DNA of 64,000 nt from Mustelus asterias. Its lineage: Eukaryota. The stretch lies in NCBI RefSeq assembly GCF_964213995.1, contig NW_027590293.1:1-64000 (forward strand), read 5' to 3'. The notes under the pieces were generated by a model. It was not told the DNA's origin. It saw only the letters and a list, made by a program, of their open reading frames with translations, and ran no database searches. Shown one piece after another: positions 24,830 through 38,589 of this stretch (the first letter of the stretch is position 1; each line of letters begins with the position of its first letter). A program made the position numbers and the translations under genes.

Positions 24830-25000
24830 AGAAACAACGTTTCAATTCTGGATGACACTTTGTAAGAAGCTCTTATGAAGGATCATCCAGACTCAAAACA
24901 TTGGCTCTATTCTGTCTCCAAAGATGCTGTCAGACCTGTTGAGATCTTCCAGCATTTTCTGTTTTCGTTTCAGATTCCAGCATCCGCAGTATTTTACTTT
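24830..25000. repeat. Palindromic repeat family P (copy of 60620-60795)
   Basis: aacgtttcaattctggatgacactt...atgaaggatcatccagactcaaaacattgg...agatgctgtcagacc. Confidence 0.7.
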
Positions 25001-27824
25001 TATGATAATTTGATTTGGTCTGATTGGAATCCCCACGACCCTCCCGCAAAACAGAGGGAGTGGTGGCAAAGGGAGAAAAAGGGTAAGGATGATAAAGTCT
25101 GGGTTCTGATTCTCCGAGCCCATGTAGAATCAACAAAATGAGTGAACCAGTTTATAAAGAATAGAAGTTACCCATCCCTAACAAAAACTGATCAAATTAA
25201 AATAATTAGGTTGATGAATATAACAAAAAAATTAATGTATGAAGTTTAACATCAAGTTTGTTTGTTGTTAGGGAAGTTTTTAAAACTTGTGTAAAGTGAT
25301 GTAATTGTGTGCCAAGTTTTTGCTGCTCACTCCCCACCCCTTTAGGTTCTGTAGAAAAGTTAACCCTTTCAGCAGACAGTTGATTTGTTTTTAAATCACC
25401 CGAAAACTCATGTCTATCTTAGTTCATAATTGAAGATTTATGGGAATTGGCTAAGATGGGCTTTCAGCATTTTTAAAGTATAAAAAAGTGGTCTTGAGAA
25501 GCCAATTTGGTAGAGAGAGGTGGAGGGAGATATGTTTACAGAGAGGTGTTGAGAGCTGTTGGTTTTACAAGTTATCCATGTTTTTGGAGCGGTCACTTCA
25601 TGTCCTGGTCTGAGAGGGATGGAGAGACGTCTGTTCAATTGTTAAAGTTAAACTTTCTCTATTAACTGTTAATCGACACTTTGCTTTTTATCTTTCTGAC
25701 TTGTTACATTTTTAATGGTTAACAAACTTTCTGATTTCACCATTTAAAGCTTTCTTTCTTGCCACATGGTTAAGTCACTGGAACCCGGTGTGATTTACGA
25801 TTAGGGAGGTTATTGTAAACAAGAGAACCCTCATAAATCTTCATTCACATAAATCAATGTTCTTACAAATGGAATGTTATCCTTTATTACGAAAGAAATT
25901 GAACAGAGAAGTAAAGATGTTCTGCTTCAGTTGTACAGGGCGTTGCTGAGACTGCATCTTGAACACTGAGTGCAGCTTTGTCTCCTATTTAAGAAATGAT
26001 ACAAATGCATTGAAAGTGGTTCAGAGCAGGTTTAATAGATTGCTTCCCAATTCTTGACCCTCACGGGATGAATTTTGTCTGATTTTCTTTGTTTTCAGCT
26101 CTGATAAAGGGTCATCCTGACTCAAAATGTTGCCTCCATTCTCTCTTTACAGATGCTGTCAGACTTGCTGAGATTGTCCAGCATTTCCTGTGTCTGTTTC
26201 AGATTCCAGCAACAGCAGAATTTTGCCTTCATACCAATTCTTTTGGATAAGGACATCAAAAGTATTGGGTGTAGAACGAGAATGTGGAACTCAACACAAA
26301 AAGATCAGCCATGATCTAAATAAATGCTGGAGCAGACTCAAAGGGCCAAATGGCTACTTCTGCTCTGATGTTGAATGTTGGTCACAAATTCCTGAGGATT
26401 GTGTAACAAGGCTGGAAGATTCGCCTTGCTTGTGTTCGTGGGAAAATGTCCAGGAGAACCATCACTGTGAAGGACAGCTCTGGGATTAAAGGTTGCCAGA
26501 CTGGAAAAGGAAATAAACACTCGGGGAGTGAAGAATCACTTTGGACTGGTTTTTGGAAACTTTTGGAGACAGAGTAAAATATAACTGTTGAGTGGGATAT
26601 TTGATTGTGTTAAGAGTAAAAGGGCAAAGTTCAATTTTACAGTTTAAGGGCAATGTTCCCTACAAAGAACAGTATTTAGTCATTGTTGCTTCCAGTTTGT
26701 TGGAATAAATGTCAAAAAACTTGAAGTTTTGTCATGTGATTCTTTAATTTATTCACTGGGTTTAAATTCACTTTTTTAATTATTGAATGCCACAGAAATT
26801 CTAACAGTTCATTTAAAGCCACAAGTTTTGATTTCCCATTTGAGCCTGGGGTACCTTTCTGTCTCTCTATTGCTCGTGTTAATGACAGCCAGCCGACGGA
26901 GCTGAGGGCTGAATTTAGCTGAGAATAATGGGGCCTACGCCCCAGTTGGGAAACTGCCATGGGCGTCGCACTAATAGAGAGACAGGAAGGTGCTGGAGGA
27001 CTGAGTGGGAAATGGGCCTCCAACCAATTGTTATATCGGTCACTCAGAGCTAAAGAGAAACCCGTCTCTTTAAATACAGATACAGGGAAGAGGCTGCACT
27101 GAAATCTGCCCTTCTAACCTGCACAGAAGCAGGAGGCTGAGATTGACAGGCTGTAGGAGGAGTCCATTCAGCCCATTGTGCCTCTGCTATCTCTTTGAAA
27201 GGACTCTGATTCATCCAACTGCTCTGTTCTTTCCCCACAGCCCTGCAAATTCTTCCCTTTCAAGTCTTTAACGTTTGGAAAGATTCTATTGAATCTGCTT
27301 TCAGGCAGATCAGAACACCTCGCTGTGTCAAAAAATAAAATCTCATCTCCCCCTCTGGCTCCTTTGCCAATTACCTTAGAGGGATCACTTTCTGTTAAAG
27401 AGACTGCCAACACCTCTCACCCACTTTCCCTAAAGTGCATCAATATAATCAGAAAAAATCCAGCAAAATCATATATTTTTACTGATAAAAGTTTATTAAT
27501 GAAACAGAACATAGTTAAAACAAACAGAAAATGACTTGAGGATCAAAGACAACCAGAGTAAAAGGATGTTCACAATGTTCTGGACACAACTGGTTTCTCT
27601 TCAGCTCCTCTGTACCCTGTTCCCTGCCCTCTTTGTGGAACACCTCCGCTCAGTCCACAAGCATGACCCTGACCTTCCGCTTGCTTGCCATTAGAATTCA
27701 CCACTGGCCAGTCCAGCAGAAAGAAACCCTTCAACCCTCCCACTTCACCAACTGTCAGAATGAACATGGTTCAGTCCTGGATGTGACTAACAGCAGCAAC
27801 AACAGCAGAATCCAACCCCTGTCA

Positions 27825-28583
27825 TCACCTGTGAACTCGCTGGTGTCTCTGTAGGTGGGATAACTGAGTGAATGCATTCCCACACACGCAGCAGGTGAAT
27901 GGCCTCTCCCCGGTGTGAACTCGCTGGTGTACCCGCAGTGTGAACGATGTTCTAAATCTCTTTGTGCAGTGAGAGCAGCTGAACGGTCTCTCCTCAGTGT
28001 GACTGCACTGGTGGGACTTCAGATCTCCAGCGAGTTTGAAGCTGTTCCCACAGTTGGAGCATTTAAAGGGTCTCTCATTGCTGTGAGTGACTTTGTGTGC
28101 GCACAGACTGGATAAATGAGTGAATTCCTTCTCACACACAGAGCAGGTAAATGGTCTCTCCCCAGTGTGAATTCGTTGGTGTATCCGCAGTTTGGATGAC
28201 ATTTTAAACCTCTTTGTGCAGTGAAAGCAGCTGAACGGTCTCTCCTCAGTGTGAATGCGCTGGTGGGATACCAGTTCACCAGAGCTTTTGAATCTGCTCC
28301 CACAGTCAGAGCATTTAAAGGGTCTCTCCTGGGTGTGAGTGACTTTGTGTGCACATAGGCTGGATAAATGAGCGAATCCCTCCCCACAGTCAGAGCACCT
28401 GAATGGCCTCTCCCCTGTGTGAACTCGTTGGTGTCTCTGCAGATTAGGTAAGTGAGTGAATCGCTTCCCACACACAAAGCAGGTGAATGGCCTCTCCCCA
28501 GTGTGACTGCGTTGATGAATTTCCAGCTGAGATGGGGATATGAATTCCTTCCCACAGTCTCCACATTTCCACGGTTTCTCCAT
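27825..28583 (-). CDS. Tandem C2H2 zinc-finger protein ZNF-5, 9 fingers
   Basis: accATGg start MEKPWKC, intact ORF; acceptor attacag at ~28924; upstream small-exon module at 29147-29190. Confidence 0.88.
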   Translation of the reverse strand: MEKPWKCGDCGKEFISPSQLEIHQRSHTGERPFTCFVCGKRFTHLPNLQRHQRVHTGERPFRCSDCGEGFAHLSSLCAHKVTHTQERPFKCSDCGSRFKSSGELVSHQRIHTEERPFSCFHCTKRFKMSSKLRIHQRIHTGERPFTCSVCEKEFTHLSSLCAHKVTHSNERPFKCSNCGNSFKLAGDLKSHQCSHTEERPFSCSHCTKRFRTSFTLRVHQRVHTGERPFTCCVCGNAFTQLSHLQRHQRVHR

Positions 28584-29369
28584 GGTGCTGATGTCCTTGT
28601 AACTCTCCAAGTTAAACAATCAGTTAAATCTCACACAGAACACACGTTCAGTCTCTCCCCGCTGTGAATGCTGCAATGTATTTTCAGGCTGTGTAACTGG
28701 TTAAAGCTCTTTCCACAGTCATTACACTGGAATGCGCTCACTTGGGTGTGGCATGTTTCAGTGCTTTTCCACTCTCACTCACGCTTAAAATCTTTTGAAG
28801 ATGACAGAACAGAGATTCAAAGGTAGATGATATTCAGGTTCTATCAAATTGAGTGACTTTGTCAGTTCTTGACATGACGTTTGGCTTGAGATTTTTGACT
28901 GTAAATCCTCACCTCCTGATAGCCTGTAATATAAATTTACAACAGACATCACAGTTAGTATAAGATAGAAATTCAGAACACATCATTTTAGTTTCTATAA
29001 CGCATTCTTTCCTCGCTTATTCCCCAAAAGCTGTAAATCTCCATCCCACACACTCTCCCTCCATTCTCACTCTGCTGTATCTAATATTCACCCTCCCAAT
29101 TCTCCTGAAGGTGCTGATTGAGGCTGATTGACAGATCCATGCTCACTGCTTCCTGTCCTGGACACAGAGAGCTGAAAATCTCCATGCAGGCTGCCAGACA
29201 GATATATGTCTAAACGACTGAACTAAAAATGTATAGAATATACAGACTGGATTCACTTCCTTTTCCTTCAGTTGCTGCAAGTCAGCAATTTCCCCCAGAA
29301 TGAGAAAAGAAATGGAAAGGGAGAAACATTGATTTCCTCCCTGATGTTGTCCAGAGGAGGAAGTTTCAC

Positions 29370-29830
29370 TCTGAAGCTCATTGGCCAACTTCCGCATTGT
29401 GACATCACAATGGAGCCCTGCCTGAATCAGCCAATAGGAATCACTCTGCTCCGCGGTGACGTCTCTGGATTCCAGTGCGCAGGCCCGGGCGCGCAAACCC
29501 GGGAGCCCCGCCCCCACCCATTGTTCCCCTCCCCCTGCACCTCCTCGAGCCAAGGTTTCCAGACAACCGGCTGGCGGCTCCGGCCAATGCGAGAAGCCGC
29601 TCAGTGATCTCCCCCTCCCCCCTCTCTCTCCTGCGGCTGCTGCTCCAAAAAGAGATCGAGAGCGACCGCTGGCGGCAGCCGCACTGCGCCTGCTCCGGAC
29701 AGCTCGGCTCAGCAGCACTCTCTGCGCCTGCTCCGGACAGCTCGGCTCAGCAGCGCTCTCTGCGCCTGCGTGCTGGGCTGCCAGCAGAGGGAGTGGGGGA
29801 GGGGACTTTGCAAAATCTCTTCCCATCATT
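29370..29830. promoter_or_regulatory. CpG-rich, likely bidirectional promoter P4 (paralog of P3)
   Basis: 29125-29610 aligns with 18172-18665; CRE decayed to TGACATCA; 38-bp tandem duplication with tgcgcctgc motifs at 29683-29770. Confidence 0.75.
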
Positions 29831-29879
29831 TTCTTCCAAGTCCCGCAGTTTGATTTGAAACAGAACAGCTTCTGTTTGT

Positions 29880-30084
29880 AACTTCACCACAGACTCAAAC
29901 TTCACCACAGACTCAAACTTCACCACAGACTCAAACTTCACCACAGACTCAAACTTCACCACAGACTCAAACTTCACCACAGACTCAAACTTCACCACAG
30001 ACTCAAACTTCACCACAGACTCAAACTTCACCACAGACTCAAACTTCACCACAGACTCCAACTTCACACACAGACTCAAACTTC
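29880..30084. repeat. 18-bp minisatellite x~11 (aacttcaccacagactca)
   Basis: Nearly perfect units; gives the spurious (KFESVV)n ORF. Confidence 0.95.
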
Positions 30085-30509
30085 ATCCTCTGGACAACAT
30101 CTGTGAGGAAAACACTTTCTTTCTCCCCCTGGGAATTAGAGAGACAGAAATACTCTGGAACTGGAATTAGAGCTAAATATACTGAGGGGGAAATGTTTGT
30201 GATTCTGTGGAACCTGTTTTTATTGTCTGAGTTTTTAAAGTGTAATTTATCTTGTCTATTCAAATACCGTTTCTCTCTTTGCATGATTTAGTGATGCTGA
30301 TTTTAGATAAATTTCTAAAGTAAAAGTTTTTTAAATGTGAAACGGTGTCCTTCAATATTCCATTGGAATTTTCTGGAAATATGTTTACTTTTTAGGTTAA
30401 TAACGACAGACATATGTCTTCTGTTGATAGAAGGTACATCTCGGTATATTTTTGTTTCAGTAAGAAGATTCATGTATTGTTAGTTTTATTCTTGTTATAT
30501 AATATAAAA

Positions 30510-30832
30510 TCACAGAATCCCGACAGTACAGAAGGATGCCATTCAGCCCATCGAGCCTGCACTGACAACAATCCCACCCAAGCCCTATCCCCGTCACCCC
30601 AAATATTTACCCTGCAAATGCCCCTGAAACTAGGGTCAATTTAGCATGGCCAATCAACCTAACCCGTACATCTTTGGAGTGTGGGGGTAAACCGGAGCAC
30701 ACGGAGGAAACCCACGCAGACACGTGGAGAATGTCCAAACTCCGCACAGACAGTGACCCAAACCAGGAATCAAACCCGGGTCCCTGGAGCTGTGAGGCCA
30801 CAGTGCTAACCACTGTGCTACCGTGCTGCCCT
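30510..30832 (-). mobile_element. HE1-like SINE
   Basis: Full head, V-domain and tail on minus strand. Confidence 0.85.
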
Positions 30833-31229
30833 GCATATGTAGCTTTGTTATACATTTCCAGTCAAAGTGACATTCCAGTTCAGAAGGAATCAATTTGAAA
30901 TCTTGAGTCCATGTCAACTGTTTTTTGGAGAAATTCACTCAGTCCCATTCACCCTCTCTATCCCCTTAACCCTGCATATTAACTTCCTCATTGTCCATTT
31001 GATCTTATTTTGAACGCATTCGCCTTCACTTCCACCATCCTTACCGACCTCTTGCTGTCTAAATAAAGGTTTCTCAAATCCCCCTCCCACCATCTGTCTC
31101 ATTAAGAAATGCTATACTGTCTACCACACATTTTTAGTCCAGTTATATGACCACAGAAATGAGACTTGTCCATCCTGAATTTCTATCCTGTACTGACAGT
31201 GATGACAACGAGACACATGCAGATAGACA

Positions 31230-32055
<826 letters not shown>

Positions 32056-32134
32056 TTACAGGGACTGGATTCTGCTGTTATTGCTGCTGTTATTCACATC
32101 CAGAACTGAACCATGTTCACTCTGACAGTTTTGT

Positions 32135-32492
32135 TTTTATTCAGTGTGGGACATGGGTGTCGCTGGTCAGCATTTATTGCCCACCTCTCGTTGCCCTTGA
32201 GAGGGCAGTTGAGTGTCAGTCACATTGCTGTGGCTCTGGAGTCATCGTCGGCCAGACCAGGTAAGAATGGCAGATTTCCTTCCCTAAAGGACATTAGTGA
32301 ACCAGATGGGTTTTTTTCTGACAATCGACAATAGTTTCATGGTCATCAGTAGATTCCTAATTCTAGATATTTTTTATTGAAGTCAAATTCCACCATCTGT
32401 CATGGTGGGATTTGAACCTGGGTGCCCAGAACTTTAGCTGCGTTTCTGGATTACTAGTCTAGCGATAGTACCACGGGGCCATCGCCTCCCCA
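32135..32492 (-). mobile_element. tRNA-derived SINE family B
   Basis: Reverse complement head ggggaggcgatggccccgtggtactatcgc...ggttcaaatccc and the same core as 5110. Confidence 0.75.
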
Positions 32493-33409
32493 AAGTGGGA
32501 CCATCGGAGGGTTTCTTTCTGCTGGACTGACCGGTCTCATGACTTTGCTTCCAGTGGGCTGATGCTCTTTGAGCTGCTCCGCCATTCAATATGATCATGG
32601 CTGTTATTAATATGTACAGCAAATTGTAATATTCTAAATAGGATATTCAGATGGTGATACATTTTCATTTCTTCCTGAGGAAGAGGTTTGTGTCTATCTG
32701 ATCATTCATGTTTTAGAAATAAATTTTTAGTTTGAGAATTAGTATTTTTTAACGAAAGATAAATGAAAAACCTGGGTTGAGAATCTGACAAAAACACCTG
32801 AGGGAACTCGCAGTCTCAAGGCGTGGCCCATGTTTGTTTAAAAAGTCAAAACTGGAAGGGTAAGAACTGTAAAAGGGCAGCTGGACTGTTCCTCTCTGAG
32901 TCACAGTGAGACATTTCTAATTAAATACACAGAGGGAATTCCCTAAGTTTTGACATGTTCATTCAAAAAGATTGCAAATAATTTGATTCAGAAAAAACAA
33001 CCAAGGGTTATTTGATTATTGTGGATACTGAAAATTACATTTCTGGATTGTGAAAAGCAGCTGGAAGTAGCACAATTAATGCAAGATTTGGGACATTTAG
33101 ATCTTTACTGACCAGAATGTAGCAACTAATGCTGTAAAAAGGGGGCTGGGCTCAGCCTCTTCAGCTGGAGATCTGGAGACATTGGATCTGACACTTAATG
33201 TCCTGTCTTTATTAGGCAGTGACTTCTTCTAGCAGACTCAGGGTTACATGTTTGGTTTTGAAACTACAAGTTAATTAATTTAAACATCTATTGGATATGC
33301 TAACTGGTCTCCGTTACCATGGAGATAAGTGATTCAGAGTGGAACCTTGGTTGGAATTCTGGGTGGTTCTCACAGAAACCAGGCAGTCTGCAGTGAGCTT
33401 GCAAACCGT

Positions 33410-34175
33410 CAGCTGTGGGACCAGAAGCTGTGAACCAGCTGTGGGAGCGGGAGCTGTGAGCCACGAGCCAGCTGTGGGAGCGGGAGCTGTGAACCAGCTG
33501 TGGGAGCAGGAGCTGTGGGAGCAGGAGCTGTGAACCAGCTGTGGGAGCAGGAGCTGTGAAACCGCTGTGGGAGCGGGAGCTGTGAACCAGCTGTGGGAGC
33601 AGGAGCTGTGAACCAGCTGTGGGAGCAGGAGCTGTGGGAGCAGGAGCTGTGAACCAGCTGTGGGAGCAGGAGCTGTGAACCAGCTGTGTGGGAGCAGGAG
33701 CTGTGAACCAGCTGTGGGAGCAGGAGCTGTGAACCAGCTGTGGGAGCGGGAGCTGTGAACCAGCTGTGGGAACAGGAGCTGTGGGAGCAGGAGCTGTAAC
33801 CAGCTGTGGGAGTGGGAGCTGTGAACCAGCTGTGGGAGTGGGAGCTGTGAACCAGCTGTGGGAGTGGGAGCTGTGAGCCGCGAGCCAGCTGTGGGACCGG
33901 GAGCTGTGAACCAGCTGTGGGAGCAGGAGCTGTCAAACCACTGTGGGAGCAGGAGCTGTGAACCAGCTGTGGGAGCGGGGGCTGTGAACCAGCTGTGGGA
34001 GCGGGAGCTGTGAACCAGCTGTGGGAACAGGAGCTGTGGGAGCAGGAGCTGTAACCAGCTGTGGGAGTGGGAGCTGTGAACCAGCTGTGGGAGTGGGAGC
34101 TGTGAACCAGCTGTGGGAGTGGGAGCTGTGAACCAGCTGTGGGAGCGGGAGCTGTGAACCAGCTGTGGGAGCCGC
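33410..34175. repeat. ~26-bp minisatellite with 13-15 bp subunits (gagctgtgaaccagctgtgggagcag), over 20 CAGCTG E-boxes
   Basis: Directly visible; yields low-complexity spurious ORFs. Confidence 0.95.
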
Positions 34176-34659
34176 AGCCGAGAAGGTCATTAGGAACCAG
34201 GGATGTTCTCAATGTTTAAATCCCTCAGCAAGAAGGCAGTAAAGTCCATGCTTGGATTGAGGAGTCCATGTTTTGAGTCAATTCTGAAATCTCAAAGGAA
34301 AGTTGGAGAGTTATTTGGCCGAAAGCTAATAGAAGGATCCTCATGAAATCTTGGAGTCTGGAGAATAGCTGGAATATGGAAAGTTTGATTTTGTTTAAAA
34401 GCCTGGAATCTTGTGATGAGTGTTTGGATTTCTCATTGAACGTTAATATTCTCAACCCGAATTATAACAACACACACAATATTTCAAAACTATTTGAAAA
34501 ATATGGTCTTTATTTTGTACAAAGTATTACATTATAAGACACTCCTCTTCTAGGATCTACAGTAATTTCTTAGCTCGAGCACTAGTGAAACAATCAATCA
34601 GACAATAAATGAATAAAAATTGTACTAATTGTCGTCCCTTCTGAATCAGGAGGGTTATC

Positions 34660-35515
34660 CCCAGCACAGAGGGTCATTTGGAATTTTTCCCGCAGACCAA
34701 TTAACAGGGATTATATTCTCCAACCATCTGAAGTGAATTCTTTACATGAACCGTCCAGGCCAGTGCAGGTATCAACTTGCAGTTTGGCTGATCAGCTCAG
34801 ATTTTCTGCAGTATTTCATCGATCACCGAGTGCTTCCTTTCACAGAGTCCATCTTTCAGCTGCTGTGTTCCTGACCAGAATGTTCATGTGTTCACACACG
34901 TCTCAAAACTCATCATTCAGAAACTGAGCTGGTGCCACAAAGTCTGACCATGTTTCATAGGCACCCATCGGATCATCTTTCTTGTAAATCAGATCAATGA
35001 AACCTAATAAAAGATCCAAACCTTGATCAGTAGCCCACTGATGGACATCCAGCTCAAAAAATACTTTGCTTCTGATTTTCCTTGTGTTAGGAAGTGACAA
35101 TGCCAAGGCCAGATCTTGTTTCCTCCTTGATCGGGATGTAACCCGTGTCCACATCGCCACTTCATTCTTCCACTGGTTGTATGGTTCAGACTCCGAGAGC
35201 ATCAGCAGGTAATCAGACTCTGACAATTCCCACTGCCTTTCAGTCATTTCTCACAAAAGCTGCTGGGATTGGAAGCTTCTGTCTGAAATATACTTTCCTT
35301 TATTTTCCAAACTTCACCATTAGACAAACATTCCCTGTTACCATGTTATAATCCCAACAGTCTTATAGTGAAGGAAGAAATTGGAGCTAATCTTGACTTG
35401 GAATATAATTAACTCCTAACTCTTTATACATACTTTCTTCATACAACTCCTATAATTATCCAATCAATGCCCTCTATCTACATATTTAAACAGAATTGAT
35501 ACAATTAACGCCCAT
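34660..35515 (-). mobile_element. Internally deleted Copia-type (GalEa-like) LTR retrotransposon remnant
   Basis: Minus strand: LTR-like end ...taaca (35344) then PBS-like tggtaacag; gag-like YNQWKNEVAMWTRVT...KQDLALALSLP joined to integrase-like NDEF*DVCEHMNILVRNTAAE / GLCERKHSVIDEILQKI / ALAWTVHVKNSLQMVGEYNPC*LVCGKN. Confidence 0.65.
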
Positions 35516-35519
35516 AGTC

Positions 35520-35802
35520 AGGGCAGGGACCCGGGTTCAATTCTGGCCTCGGGTCACTGTCTGTGTGGAGTTTGCACATTGTCCCCATGTTTGCGTGGGT
35601 TTATTCTGGGTGCTCTGGTTTCCTCCCACATTCCAAAGATGTGCGGGTTAGGTTGATTGGCCATGCTAACTTGCCCCTTTGTGTCAGGAGATTAGCAGGG
35701 TAAATATGTAGGGTTATGGGAGTGGAGCCTGGGTGGCATTGTGGTCGGTGCAAACTCGATGGGCCAAGTGACCTCCTTCTGCAATGTAGGGATTCTATGA
35801 TT
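35520..35802 (+). mobile_element. HE1-like SINE
   Basis: B-box gggttcaattc, V-domain, tail. Confidence 0.8.
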
Positions 35803-35814
35803 AAAAAAAGGTCT

Positions 35815-36333
35815 CTAATCGGTGTGAAAATGCTGGTGTGTCAGCAAGTTGGATGACTGATTTAAACTTTCCCTGAACTCAAAGCAGGGGAATGGCCTCT
35901 CCTCAATGTGGACTTGCTGGTGTCACAGCAGATTGGATGAATCAATGAATCTCTTCTCACACACAAAACACATTAATGGTCTCTCTCCAGTATGAATACA
36001 TTGGTGCATCAGCAAGTTGGATAACTGAGCGGATTCCTTCCCACACTCAGAGCAGGTCAGTGGCCTCTCACCAGTGTGACCACATTGGTATTTCAGCTGA
36101 CTGGATGACTCAGTGAATCTTTCCCAAGGAGCAGGTGAATGGCATCTCCCTGTTGTGAACTCACTGGTGTGTCAGCAGGTTGGATGACTGAGTGAATCCC
36201 TTCCCACACACGGATCAGGTGAATGGCCCCTCCCCAGTGTGAACTCGCTGATGTGTCAGCAAATGAGATGACCGTGTGAATCTCTTCCCACACTCAGCGC
36301 AGGTGAACAGCCTCTTCCTGGTGTGACTGCGGT
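35815..36333 (-). pseudogene. ZNF-7 pseudogene (about 6 degraded fingers), 5' end cut by Penelope fragment
   Basis: Finger and linker motifs with deletions and stops; leader and acceptor remnants at 36600-36700, exon modules at ~36915 and ~38050-38205. Confidence 0.8.
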
Positions 36334-36472
36334 GACTCACCTGAAGAAGGGGCTTGGAGCTCCGAAAGCTTGTGTGGCTTTTGCTACCAAATAAACCTGT
36401 TGGACTTTAACCTGGTGTTGTTAAACTTCTTACTGTGTTTACCCCAGTCCAACACCGGCATCTCCACATCAT
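36334..36472 (+). mobile_element. Penelope pLTR fragment with hammerhead-like core
   Basis: Near-identical to 24299-24400; CTGAAGAAGGGGCTTGGAGCTCCGAAAGCTT. Confidence 0.8.
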
Positions 36473-37074
36473 GAGAACCTTCTGAAGCAGACAGAACACC
36501 ATTTCTTTATCCACGCTTTCTTCATACACACTCATATAATGGTCCAATCCATGCCCTCCATCTGTACATACTTCAATTCAATTCTAGACTGAATGACCAA
36601 TGACATTCAGGTCCCTTTGAATTGAGTGAATGTGTCAGGTCTTGATGTGATGTTTGGTTTTGAGATTTCTGTCTGCAAATCTTCTCCTTCTCAAAACCTG
36701 TAGAAGGAATTTACAAAAGTCATCCCTGTCAGTATGGGAACAAAATTCAGAATACACAATTTCATTTTTAGTTGCACATTCTTTCTGGACTTGTTCACCA
36801 AAAGCTGTGAATCTCAATCTCATACATTATCTCTACCCTCAAACTGCTGTACCTCATATATACCCTCCCAATTCTTGTGAAGATGCTGATTGTTCCTGAC
36901 TGACAGACCCATGCTCACTGCTTCCTGACCTGGAGAACTAAAAACTTTGATGCAGACTGCGAGACTAAATGCAAACACATAGGTACAGATTCTGGAGGAA
37001 AACATGTGTTTAATAAACACTGCTGCATTACTTGATCAGAGATTGTCAGAGAGGACTTGATCAGAGAGGTCGGG

Positions 37075-37468
37075 AATGTAGCTCAATCCATCACGCAACC
37101 CAGTCTCCCATCCATTGACTCTGTCTACACTTCCCGCCACCTCAGCAAAGCAGCCACCGTAATTAAAGACCCCACGCATCCCGGACATTCTCTCTTCCAC
37201 TACTTCCGTCGGGAAAAAGTTACAAAAGTGTGAGGTCACGTACCAACTGACTCAAGAACAGCTTCTTCCCTGCTGTCATTAGACTTTTGAATGGACCTAC
37301 CTTGCATTAAGTTGACCTTTCTCTCAACCCTAGCTATGACTGTAACACTACACTCTCTCATTTCCTTCTCTATAAATGGTATGTTTTGTCTGTATAGCGC
37401 GCAAGAAACAACACTTCTCACTGTATACTGAGACATGTGACAATAATAAACAAAATCAAATCAAAAAA
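37075..37468 (+). mobile_element. Rex1/Babar-like LINE 3' end
   Basis: Encodes LKNSFFPAVIRLLN-type terminus; aataaa and (aaatc)n tail; related copy on minus strand at 41520-41880. Confidence 0.6.
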
Positions 37469-38589
37469 TATTTACGACCATTTCATTAATAACTTTATTA
37501 AGGTACGGAGTGTTCACAAACACAAACTCGCTGCTTATGAGAATGGTGGAATTAGAGATGATCCAAGATTTCAACTGAACTGGCTGGACAATTGGAGGAA
37601 ATAATCTTGTGAGATACAGGGGTACAGAGGGAGAATGGGACTGACTGGATTGCTCTACAGAGAGTCAGCACGGACTCGAATGGACATATTCTGTGCTGTA
37701 ATGGATCAATGACTGGAAAGGTATGTCACTACAGTGCTATATTACAAACTTGAAATAACAATAAATGAAATTTATCACAGAACCATAAATAATATATCTA
37801 ATAGGTACCTAAAAGCAAAACTGGACATAACTCTGTGCTACATAAAATTAGTGTCCCACAAAGAATCATAAATTTACACCAGATTACACCAAAAATACAC
37901 ATACCTGTCATACCTTATTACATTGTCCCCTTCAATGTCAGCCATTTCCTGGGGAAACCAGCCCTTTAATCATGAACATTAGGAAACAGACCATCCTTTT
38001 AACCAGACAAATAAATGTGTCAAGCTGAGGGAGCAAAGGATGTCAATGTCTTTAAGAGAGAGAGAGAGACCTGGGCCAACCTTTCCAGAGTCTGCAGCCT
38101 CCCTGGATTCACTTCCTTTCCCTTCAGTTGCTGCAAGTCCCCAATTTCCCCCAGAATGAGAAAAGAAATGGAAAGGGGGATAAAAGAAAGTGTTTTACTC
38201 ACAGATGTGGCTGAGAGACTGTGAGTGCGCGAGAGAGAGAGAGACTGTGACTGGCTGCACTCAGTAAAACCATTGTCCTACAGAATGCAGGCTCCGTCTA
38301 ACTCATCCCATCAAACTCTGCTGTATCTTGTCGTTAGTTGAAGTTTCACAAAATGTATTCTAAAAGCAAACTGCATCCATGTTATAATTCAAAATACATG
38401 TTTTAAATGAGGAATACTTGTTATTCAGTTAGAGCTGTCTTTTATAATGACAGCTCTCGTCAGGGCTTTAAGATCATTCACTCTTAAGTCAGTATTGTGT
38501 TAAAGTTCTCAAACATTGTTTTCTATTAGCCTAATTTAGCCCCACTACTCACAGTCTCCACATTTCCGTGGTTTCTCCCCAATGTAACT

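Noticed and set aside
29747-30079. (KFESVV)n ORF
   Set aside because: Translation of the 18-bp minisatellite
33409-34212. 267-aa Pro/Ser/Ala-rich ORF
   Set aside because: Translation of a minisatellite; no ATG start and no gene context
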